From assembly GCA_963678065.2 (NCBI GenBank), contig CAXXVZ010000003.1:1824001-1888000 (forward strand): 64,000 nt of DNA, read 5' to 3'. Shown one piece after another: positions 1 through 7,302 of this stretch. The notes beneath the pieces are model-generated. The model worked only from the letters and a program-made list of their open reading frames with translations, had not been told where the DNA came from and searched no databases. A program made the translations under genes and the position numbers. Position 1 is the stretch's first letter, and each line of letters begins with the position of its first letter. Source of the DNA: Treponemataceae bacterium. Its GTDB lineage: Bacteria; Spirochaetota; Spirochaetia; Treponematales; Rectinemataceae.

Positions 1-1788
1 GGTGAATTGGCTCTGGATAAGCGGATCGGACCATACCCCGTAGGCGAGAAGGGAGATGCCGCTTTCCGGGAATACGGTGTTCGACCTGGTATCGATTCTG
101 AAGGCGCCGCGAAGCGCGACCTGCCTCTTCTCCTCTTTCGGGATCTTCGCGGCATCCAGGACCGATTCGATGGAGGCGCCGATCCGGAAATCCGCGTGCT
201 GCCCCAGCGTCGTACCGGCCCAGAGCCCGCCGCCGTAGTGACGGTAGATCGAACTGATCGAGAGAAGCAAGTCCGGCACGGAATACTCGTCGATCTCGAA
301 GGCGTAGCGGGCCCAGGGCATGACGAAGAGGGGTCCCATCGGCTGGAAGAACTCCGTGTAGCCCCTGAATCCGGAGCCAAGCGATGTGTTGACGAAGAGC
401 GCCGAATCTTTGTTGGTCAGGCCGCGGAACATGAGGCCGGCGGAAATTTCAGAGGCGATGGACGAGGTGGTCGACACGATGGCGTCGAGGTCGAAGTTGA
501 CGAGGATCGAGTTGCCCGGGTTGAACGTGGGCGTGAGGTATACGATGAGTCCGGCCGTTCCACCCGCCGCGGGCTCGAGGTCGATCTTCACGAGATCGAA
601 TCTGCCGCTCCCGTATACGGCATCGATGGCGGCGCGCACGGCTTCCCTGGTCGGAGTGGCCCCGACGAGGCCGGAGAATGCCGCGCGAGCGAGCTCCTTG
701 TCCTGCGCGGTTCCTCCCTCTATCTTGAGCGAGGAGAAAGGCAGCAGATCGTGGAAGGCCGCCCTGTTCGGCTGCTTTTCCGGTGATATGAGGGGTCTCG
801 ACGCGGCTATCCTGTCGGCGATGGCTTTCAGTTGCGGCAACATGGCGCGGGCGCCCGCCTCTCCCTGCGCGATGATTCCGGCCGCTTCGCCGTAACTCGC
901 TGTCGTGTAGGCGGAAAGATCGGGAACGATGAGAATGTCGGCGAGTTTCCGGCTCGGTTTCATGTTCTGCTGGATGAAAAGCCCGGCGGTCTGTCCGGTG
1001 ATGGCGAGCGCGTTGTTGAGCGATTCGGGTCCCTTCGGCTCGGAACCCCGGGATTCGACGGCTATGATGATGTCGGCCCCGAGTTCCTTCGCGATGTCAG
1101 TCGGAAGGTTGTCCACGATGCCGCCGTCGACGATGTGGCGTCCATCCAGGACGTAGGGTTTGAAGACGCCGGGGATCGACATCGACGAGCGCATCGCCTC
1201 CGCGAGGGATCCCTTCGAAAACACGATCTTGTCTCCGCTCCAGATATCGGCCGCCACAGCGCGGTACGGAACGGGAAGATCGTCGAAGTTGCGGATGGTC
1301 AGATTGTGCAAGGTCAGCTGGGTAAAAAGCGCGAGCACGTTCTGGCCCTCGAACAATCCTTCCCCGATCGCGAGTCCGTCTGCGCCGAATCCCACTCTGC
1401 CGGCATACCCTGTACGTTTCTGGAATTCGTAGCGGTCATCGGCAGAGGCTTTGCGATCCATGAAGACAGCGTTCCAGTCGATGTTCGTCACGATGTTTTT
1501 CATCTGCTCGGGCGAATAGCCTGCCGCGTAAAGGCCGGAGACGATGGAGCCCATGCTCGTCCCCATGACCATGTCGATGGGAATGCCGGCCTCTTCGAGG
1601 ACCTTGATGACACCGACATGAGCCATGCCGAAGGCTGAGCCTCCCGAGAGCACGAGGGCCACACGGGGTCTGGAGGGCGTTCCGGCGGCTGCCGGACCAG
1701 CGGGAGATTCGGCCCCGACGACGCCGGCGACGAAAATAAGAATGATCGTCAAAAAAGAGCGACGAAGCCTTTTCGAATGTGTGTTCAT
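1..1788 (-). CDS. Patatin-like phospholipase with N-terminal signal peptide (3' end runs off the window; possibly a PlpD-like patatin-POTRA-barrel protein)
   Basis: Minus-strand frame from ATG at 1788 (AGGAG upstream) reads MNTHSKRLRRSFLTIILIFVAGVVG...VALVLSGGSAFGMAHVGVIKVLEEAGIPIDMVMGTSMGSIV...IVDGGIVDNLP, i.e. the patatin Gly-rich, GxSxG and DGG motifs. Not in the ORF track because no stop lies in the window. Confidence 0.88.
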   Translation of the reverse strand, partial: MNTHSKRLRRSFLTIILIFVAGVVGAESPAGPAAAGTPSRPRVALVLSGGSAFGMAHVGVIKVLEEAGIPIDMVMGTSMGSIVSGLYAAGYSPEQMKNIVTNIDWNAVFMDRKASADDRYEFQKRTGYAGRVGFGADGLAIGEGLFEGQNVLALFTQLTLHNLTIRNFDDLPVPYRAVAADIWSGDKIVFSKGSLAEAMRSSMSIPGVFKPYVLDGRHIVDGGIVDNLPTDIAKELGADIIIAVESRGSEPKGPESLNNALAITGQTAGLFIQQNMKPSRKLADILIVPDLSAYTTASYGEAAGIIAQGEAGARAMLPQLKAIADRIAASRPLISPEKQPNRAAFHDLLPFSSLKIEGGTAQDKELARAAFSGLVGATPTREAVRAAIDAVYGSGRFDLVKIDLEPAAGGTAGLIVYLTPTFNPGNSILVNFDLDAIVSTTSSIASEISAGLMFRGLTNKDSALFVNTSLGSGFRGYTEFFQPMGPLFVMPWARYAFEIDEYSVPDLLLSISSIYRHYGGGLWAGTTLGQHADFRIGASIESVLDAAKIPKEEKRQVALRGAFRIDTRSNTVFPESGISLLAYGVWSDPLIQSQFT

Positions 1789-2046
1789 CGTGTATCTCCT
1801 GTCCGAGATGCCCCTGCGGCAACTGGCGGGCAGTTCGATACTAGCGGATAGGAAAACGGAATGCAAACCAAAACGCCCCGAGGGAAAACTTTTTTGTCCC
1901 AATATCGCGGATCGTGGGAATTGCGATCGGGCTCTTAAAAAACGAAAACGGAACCCTCGCCACAACCTCCCTCTTGCCGGATCCATCACGGAATCCGTCT
2001 CGAGTTCGGAAACAGGCTTGAGCTCCGTTTTCGGTTGCCCACAATA

Positions 2047-2067
2047 ATTTCATGCACCGCATGAAAT
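2047..2067 (-). terminator. Hairpin downstream of the displaced tRNA 3' fragment (probable original tRNA terminator)
   Basis: ATTTCATGC-ACC-GCATGAAAT is a perfect 9-bp inverted repeat 10 nt beyond the att copy. Confidence 0.45.
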
Positions 2068-2077
2068 CGCAAAACGT

Positions 2078-2129
2078 TGCGGCGAAGAGGACTTGAACCT
2101 CCATGCCTCTCAGCACTAGCACCTCAAGC
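2078..2129 (-). repeat. att site: displaced 3' half of tRNA-Leu (52-bp direct repeat of 8577-8628)
   Basis: 49 of 52 positions match 8577-8628; identity ends just past the anticodon loop. Confidence 0.95.
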
Positions 2130-2371
2130 CGCAAAATAGTCTTTATCCCGAGTTAACACACGTTATCGCGTAATGCTTAAACCTTGATACGGGAAGGACT
2201 AGACTCCCCGTGAAACTAGCCTAAGCTTAGCCCGGTTTAGCGCGCTTTACAAGTGGCGGCGGTAACGTGGCGAGAAACGCATCGACACTAGCCTCAGCTA
2301 GTGACAGTATTCAAAGTATTAAAAGACGTTCCATTTGCTTCACAAGCGATACAGGATAATTTTTGAGGTAA

Positions 2372-2848
2372 CTACCATTCGCTTGATTTCGCTGTTAACA
2401 TTGCATAGAGACTTGCATACAGGTTATCTACTGCCGGCCTCAAGCATTTGTTTATTGCGAAATCACTATCGAGCCTACTCTCACTACTATTCCCCGACAC
2501 TGAAACAAGAATAAAAGCATCCTCAACGCTTGCCCTTATCTTGTTATCTTTTACTTCTATCGTTAGGGTAAAATGTGTATCCATTGGTATGCCCATTCCA
2601 TACTTAACCACCATAATGCCCTTGCCCACTATTTTTCCCGCTTCCTTGTCCTGATACTGAATAACCGCCTTTGCTGATTTGAAGGATTTTACCACCCAAT
2701 CCATACATAGTACATAAAGTTCAGCCTTGGGCTTCTGAACCTCAAAAACCTTCTCGATCACACGCTGATCGACAGGCACTACGGGTGAGGATGAAGCGCA
2801 CCCGGCAAGTAGTATTGTAGTGAGAAAAAAAGGAAAAAGCCTTTTCAT
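2372..2848 (-). CDS. Lipoprotein, DUF4468-like
   Basis: Signal peptide with lipobox LAG-C; GGAGG RBS; the segment 'WVVKSFKSAKAVIQYQDKEAGKIVGKG...FTLTIEVKDNKIR' resembles DUF4468 proteins. Confidence 0.75.
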   Translation of the reverse strand: MKRLFPFFLTTILLAGCASSSPVVPVDQRVIEKVFEVQKPKAELYVLCMDWVVKSFKSAKAVIQYQDKEAGKIVGKGIMVVKYGMGIPMDTHFTLTIEVKDNKIRASVEDAFILVSVSGNSSESRLDSDFAINKCLRPAVDNLYASLYAMLTAKSSEW

Positions 2849-3185
2849 TAATTATAACCTCCCTAAACCGCTAAAAACAGAATAGCTCCATTTTACCACT
2901 GGCTTAGGAATACACAAGCAGTAAATCTACAGTATTTCATATCCACGTCTTGAGAAAAAATTAGCCGCCGAGTCGGTCTATTATTTTGAACCATGAGCAT
3001 ATCGAAAGTTGAAGTGAACTTACTTCCTCGGACTTTCGACGCTCTCCGGTTTCCTATTACTCATAGCGCTACTGCGGTGGTTTGTGTTTTTGCGACCGCC
3101 TTGCCGATGCTTGATTTAAGGGCCTCTGTACAGAAAAGGGCAAACTCGCAAAATATAACGTTCGTTATTATTCCGTTTTGAGCCC

Positions 3186-3362
3186 TTAGTCAAAAACAAT
3201 AATGATTGGTTCAATCCCAATCCGCTCAGCCTCCGCCTCAAGACGTGCTATCTCCGTTCTTGCTCCTTCATTGCCTATCTTGGCTTTATTAACAAAGAAG
3301 ACTCCAGGGCGCCGGTTGCATTGCTCGAGTCCTTTTATCCGGGCGAGAAGTGCTCTATTCAC
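3186..3362 (-). CDS. Small hypothetical protein (58 aa, MNRALLARIKGLEQCNRRPGVFFVN...IEPIIIVFD)
   Basis: GTG start overlaps the TGA of the upstream ORF (GTGA coupling at 3359-3362); below the ORF-track size cutoff. Confidence 0.5.
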   Translation of the reverse strand: MNRALLARIKGLEQCNRRPGVFFVNKAKIGNEGARTEIARLEAEAERIGIEPIIIVFD

Positions 3363-3607
3363 TTCCTAGCCTCCTCAAGTTTTTCTAGCCGACGCTCCAT
3401 GTCCTCTAAAGCCTCGTCCCGCCTTACTGTTGCAGCTTGCCCGAGGATGAATGTCAACGCTCGATAGAATTGAACCTTTGCAGGATCCGGCCCGGACTCT
3501 CGGCATTCCGCATAAACGCGGCAAATCTCTTTGCGAATTGCGGATAGCGTGGAAAGGCGCCTGCCCCGGTCGGACTTTTTTTCGTCTTCAATCTGCTCTA
3601 AACCCAT
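3359..3607 (-). CDS. Hypothetical helical protein (82 aa)
   Basis: GGAGAGG RBS upstream; ends in coiled-coil-like EDMERRLEKLEEARK. Confidence 0.65.
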   Translation of the reverse strand: MGLEQIEDEKKSDRGRRLSTLSAIRKEICRVYAECRESGPDPAKVQFYRALTFILGQAATVRRDEALEDMERRLEKLEEARK

Positions 3608-3761
3608 ATTTTCAAAGCCTCTCCGTAGTTTCTTGCGTTGCGTTTTGTGGCCTTTACCATGCTGTTTACCTCCGAAAAAGTAACAAGAATTGGCTCAGTG
3701 AATACCGGCCCTCTGTAAGTCGCACTCCTCTAACGAATTACAGAGGGCTGCCACTTGCCTA

Positions 3762-4160
3762 TTATGCTGAGAGCTTAGGATTCCATGGAGATTGTAGGCC
3801 CATTTCGTTAATGAGTAGCCCTTCACTGGGCGAGAGGTCGCCTTCCTCCGCGTCGTATGTTTTCAAGAGTAAGTCCCCGGCAAGCGCGAAAGCTTCCAGT
3901 TGGTCGCCAAGTAAGGCTATACGCGGATCGTCAACGAAAAGCTCGGCCGAGAGAACACGCGCCTCATTTCGCCGCGCCCGAATCCAGGAAACAAGCCCGG
4001 CCCTGTCGCCCCCGAAAAAGTCTGTTGCCCCTGCCATAATCTCCACGAATGTTTTCAGCTGTCGAATATCCGTGTTCTTTTCCTCCCAAATAATCGGCCC
4101 CGAGGGCAGAGCCACAAGGCCACGCCCCCGGTAGCCCTTACCAGATTTCCAGTTCGTCAT
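3762..4160 (-). CDS. Hypothetical protein (132 aa)
   Basis: ORF overlaps the end of the DUF3631-like gene and is co-oriented with the element operon. Confidence 0.55.
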   Translation of the reverse strand: MTNWKSGKGYRGRGLVALPSGPIIWEEKNTDIRQLKTFVEIMAGATDFFGGDRAGLVSWIRARRNEARVLSAELFVDDPRIALLGDQLEAFALAGDLLLKTYDAEEGDLSPSEGLLINEMGLQSPWNPKLSA

Positions 4161-5652
4161 CGGCCTTGACGGGTAGCACTTCGCATCTGCTACCGCTACT
4201 TTCTGCTTCCTTGCTTATATCTTTATCAGGTATAACGTTAGGCTCGAATAGGGAGCGGGTAGCAGTTGATTCCAGGTAGCGCGCGAATATTTCCTTGAAG
4301 TCTTCCACGCGGTAAGCCCGCGCGTTCCGCCCCGCCGTCTTCATTTGAACAGATTGAATCCCGAACGGCTTCAAGTACCGTGCAAGGTTGTTTTTAGAGA
4401 ATCCCTTTCCCCCGGCGAATCCAGGCCACGGATGATCTTCAAGTGAAAGTAGATACTCTACAACCTCTTCAGAAGTGAATGCGGTTTTATAGGTAGCCGA
4501 GGAAAAGAGCGCTCGGAGGTCGCGGAGTAGTAGCGTCCTCACGTCGTCGTCGTCGCTATCAGATTGTGCGCATACCGCTATAGCTGCCTCTCGGGCTATC
4601 CTTGACCACTCTCCCCCAGCTACGTCTGCAATACGCAAAAGCTCGCGCCATGCGTCCGCTTGCCTGTCGTTCAATTCAATGGGTATTTGAGGGTCAATGG
4701 CAGCTATCTTTTTTTGACTATCCGTCGTCCATCTAACGATACGACGACGAAGCTCTTCAAAGCCTTGGTCTTGATCGGCGCGAAGGCGTTCGACCGTTTC
4801 CTCTCCCTTTTTCCGCTTCATCGGGATGAGGAGTGCCCTATCGGCCAGCGTTGACGGAAGATGTCCTATAAGCCCGAGAGCCTTCGGGCACCACGTCGAA
4901 AAAATACGCGGTTCTTGATCTTCGCCTGAGCATCGAATGGCATAGGCCGCCGTCCGTGAAAAACTCGCGTTGACAAGTGTCCTTAGGTCTTCATTTTCCT
5001 TGAAGATCGAATCCGCTTCGTCAAGAACAAGAGTAGGCCTAAACTTTTCAACTACCCTAAAGAGTGCAGCGCTTGTAATCGTAGAAGCAGGAAGGGCTTT
5101 CAAGGCAAGGCGTGATACTACTTCAAGAGCTGTTGTCTTTCCGCATCTTTTAGTTGCCGAGAAGAAAACCAAAAGAGGCAAACAAGCGGCATGATCGACT
5201 AGGTAGGACAAGGTAAGCCATAGAGCCATCGATTCAACCGCGTACGGAGGCGCTATCAGGAAGCGCCGAATCTGTTCGACCAATGAATCTAGAAGAGTTG
5301 CGCCATCTACGCGGCTAGGCCATGCCTCAGGCGCTTCTAGCGCGATTTCACGGCCCTGTGTCACCTTCTCGGGTTTCGCTTCCCGACGGATTCGATCGAG
5401 AAAAGACGGGCGGACTACATACTCTTTCGCTAGGGCCTTCCGCTGCGTCTCGTATTCCTCATCGCTCAAGGAAATAATTTTTTCACGAAGCCCGGAAGTA
5501 TCTGCTACCTCGCTACCATTTGCACCTATCTCGTCTTCCGATCTGCAATTAGGTTCGGTAACATTCGGTAGCGGTAACGGATTCAATCTGCTACCCGGTA
5601 TCGGGGCGAGTAAATCGGCGGCGCCGGGGGAAGGTAAGTCTTTATTTCCCAT
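4138..5652 (-). CDS. DUF3631-like P-loop ATPase, putative replication protein/helicase
   Basis: Walker A SATKRCGKTT, Walker B LVLDEAD, and C-terminal 'LNDRQADAWRELLRIADVAGGEW...LARYLKPFGI...GRNARAYRVEDFKEIFARYL' typical of DUF3631. Confidence 0.8.
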   Translation of the reverse strand: MGNKDLPSPGAADLLAPIPGSRLNPLPLPNVTEPNCRSEDEIGANGSEVADTSGLREKIISLSDEEYETQRKALAKEYVVRPSFLDRIRREAKPEKVTQGREIALEAPEAWPSRVDGATLLDSLVEQIRRFLIAPPYAVESMALWLTLSYLVDHAACLPLLVFFSATKRCGKTTALEVVSRLALKALPASTITSAALFRVVEKFRPTLVLDEADSIFKENEDLRTLVNASFSRTAAYAIRCSGEDQEPRIFSTWCPKALGLIGHLPSTLADRALLIPMKRKKGEETVERLRADQDQGFEELRRRIVRWTTDSQKKIAAIDPQIPIELNDRQADAWRELLRIADVAGGEWSRIAREAAIAVCAQSDSDDDDVRTLLLRDLRALFSSATYKTAFTSEEVVEYLLSLEDHPWPGFAGGKGFSKNNLARYLKPFGIQSVQMKTAGRNARAYRVEDFKEIFARYLESTATRSLFEPNVIPDKDISKEAESSGSRCEVLPVKADDELEIW

Positions 5653-5923
5653 AGACGTACCCCCGGTATGCCCTCAGCCCAGGAAGCAAGTGGCGCTTGC
5701 CCTTTCCCTCTCGTATGATTGAGAGAACCCAGTTTTCCCATTCGGACTCGGCTATGTCGGCGAGGTAATAGGCAAGTTGGTCACGGCTTATCGTCGGGCA
5801 AAGTAAGAAGGATTCTTCCCTAACTAGGAACAATTCGTCATGCCTGTTCAACCCTATTTTTGTCCGTGGGGTTGAGAGAACGCGACGTATCGCGGCCATG
5901 TTCGGCGTTTCAGCGGTGCTCAT
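5642..5923 (-). CDS. Hypothetical protein (93 aa)
   Basis: Overlaps both neighbours (ATGA coupling at 5920-5923). Confidence 0.6.
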   Translation of the reverse strand: MSTAETPNMAAIRRVLSTPRTKIGLNRHDELFLVREESFLLCPTISRDQLAYYLADIAESEWENWVLSIIREGKGKRHLLPGLRAYRGYVYGK

Positions 5924-6102
5924 TTTGCACCTGCCTTGCGCTGTACTGACGCGGACACGTCTACGCGCGATATTTCCCCTTGGTGGAAAATCAAGGTAAT
6001 ACCAGCGCTTCCAAATTGAGGGGCGTTTCCTAAAAGCTCTTTCAGGTAAGGGGCGGCAACTTCAAAAAGCTCGGCCGCTCGGGTGCTGTTCGCGGCGGCC
6101 AT
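5920..6102 (-). CDS. Small hypothetical protein (DUF2292/YezD-like 'FGSAGITLIFHQGEISRVDV')
   Basis: ATG 1 nt after the xis stop, with GAGGTG RBS. Confidence 0.55.
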   Translation of the reverse strand: MAAANSTRAAELFEVAAPYLKELLGNAPQFGSAGITLIFHQGEISRVDVSASVQRKAGAK

Positions 6103-6103
6103 G

Positions 6104-6286
6104 CTAGCGCACCTCGCCCGCGAGAGCCTGAGCAAGTAGGGAGTCAATCGCACTTACAGGAACAAGACGCCTTCCACCAAGGCGAAGCGAGGGGAGCTTA
6201 CCAGATTCGCACCAGCGATAGGCAGTAATTTCGTGAATTCCAAGGATAGTCGCAACTTCCGCGACTGATAAGAATTTCTTTTCCAT
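6104..6286 (-). CDS. Excisionase-family HTH DNA-binding protein
   Basis: FLSVAEVATILGIHEITAYRWCESGKLPSLRLGGRRLVP matches the HTH_17/Xis pattern. Confidence 0.85.
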   Translation of the reverse strand: MEKKFLSVAEVATILGIHEITAYRWCESGKLPSLRLGGRRLVPVSAIDSLLAQALAGEVR

Positions 6287-6335
6287 AGCGTTTACCCGTG
6301 CAAGTAGGCTTAGCGCGCCCATAAGAGCGGCTTTC

Positions 6336-6413
6336 CCCCGGATTAGGCCGGGCCACTTGCAAGCGGATTAGGGCCGCTAGCGCCACCTACCCCGGATTAA
6401 GGCCGGGCCACTT
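6336..6413. repeat. Three tandem hairpin repeats upstream of xis
   Basis: CCCGG-ATTAGG-CCGGG, AGCGG-ATTAGGG-CCGCT and CCCGG-ATTAAGG-CCGGG, each followed by GCCAC. Confidence 0.8.
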
Positions 6414-6627
6414 CTTAACGATATTATAGTTTTGCTATCATTCTAATTATATTTGCTACCTTTTTAGAATATACTCTCTTTAGTTAATATTAGCAAGTGT
6501 ATATCCCTAAAAATGGAGCTGAGGTAACACGCAAGGTATTCACTCCCGGCCCCTCCGTCCTAACTCACGCCCCGCCGTGGTTTATCACGTGGATACCCTC
6601 CGCCTTATACGCGGGTGACAAAAGGCA

Positions 6628-6924
6628 TTAAGCCTCTTTGCGCCGTGGCATTGCTTGAAGTTTGAGACCGAGGGCCGCGATGATCTTCACAATTGTGTCG
6701 AAAGTAGGATTCCCATCGGGAGAGAGCGCTTTATACAGACTCTCCCGGCCTAAACCTGTGTCGCGGGCAATTTGAGTCATACCCTTTGCGCGTGCGATAT
6801 CCCCAAGCGCAGCAGCGACTAGGCTGGCATCATCCTCTTCAAGTGCAGCCTCCAAATAGAGGGACATTTTTTCTTCGCTGTCGAGAAACTCAATGGGGTC
6901 CCATTCTCGGGTTTTTATTGCCAT
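6628..6924 (-). CDS. Addiction-module antitoxin (HTH; HigA-like, HI1420-type)
   Basis: ALGDIARAKGMTQIARDTGLGRESLYKALSPDGNPTFDTI; GGAGG RBS; lies directly after the toxin. Confidence 0.9.
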   Translation of the reverse strand: MAIKTREWDPIEFLDSEEKMSLYLEAALEEDDASLVAAALGDIARAKGMTQIARDTGLGRESLYKALSPDGNPTFDTIVKIIAALGLKLQAMPRRKEA

Positions 6925-6926
6925 AG

Positions 6927-7220
6927 TCAATCCTCCAATCCATGCGCGAGACTCTTCGCGCGCTCGATGTCTCTATCCTGCGTAGATTTATCTCCTCCCG
7001 CAAGAAGAACGACAACTTCGGTCCCTCGAAAAACGTAATAGACGCGGTATCCAGGGCCATAGTCTATTCGCATTTCCTCTATACCCTCGCCGACAGAGCG
7101 CCAATCTCCTCGATTGCCTAGCGAAAGGCGACGGATTCGCGCATTGACTCGGGCCTGTGCCCGTTCATCTCTCAAGCCTTTAATCCACTCGTGGAATTCA
7201 TCGGTTTCACGAACCGTCAT
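6927..7220 (-). CDS. RelE/ParE-family toxin (HigB-like addiction-module killer, HI1419-type)
   Basis: RIRRLSLGNRGDWRSVGEGIEEMRIDYGPGYRVYY...LLAGGDKSTQDRDIERA. Confidence 0.9.
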   Translation of the reverse strand: MTVRETDEFHEWIKGLRDERAQARVNARIRRLSLGNRGDWRSVGEGIEEMRIDYGPGYRVYYVFRGTEVVVLLAGGDKSTQDRDIERAKSLAHGLED

Positions 7221-7225
7221 ATCTA

Positions 7226-7254
7226 TATTGTATCCCATAGGATACAATAGTCAA
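7226..7254 (-). promoter_or_regulatory. TA promoter (TTGACT-16-TACAAT) overlapped by a palindromic operator
   Basis: TATTGTATCC-CATA-GGATACAATA is a perfect inverted repeat at 7226-7249; the -10 box lies 6 nt from the toxin ATG. Confidence 0.75.
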
Positions 7255-7302
7255 GTGTTTTCGCATAATTTCCATACTTGATGTCAGGGATATTGTGCAC
7301 GG

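Noticed and set aside
7..1638. Plus-strand ORFs 7..786 and 832..1638
   Set aside because: Antisense shadows of the minus-strand patatin gene.
3133..3165. GGGCAAAC resembling the start of a c-di-GMP-I riboswitch
   Set aside because: The GAAA-tetraloop stem and GACGCAAAG continuation are missing.
2993..3181. 62-aa plus-strand ORF in the element
   Set aside because: Opposite to all other element genes, no RBS and no recognisable motif.
6336..6413. Possible mini-CRISPR array
   Set aside because: The units are nearly adjacent, the middle unit is itself a repeat variant rather than a unique spacer, and no cas genes are present.
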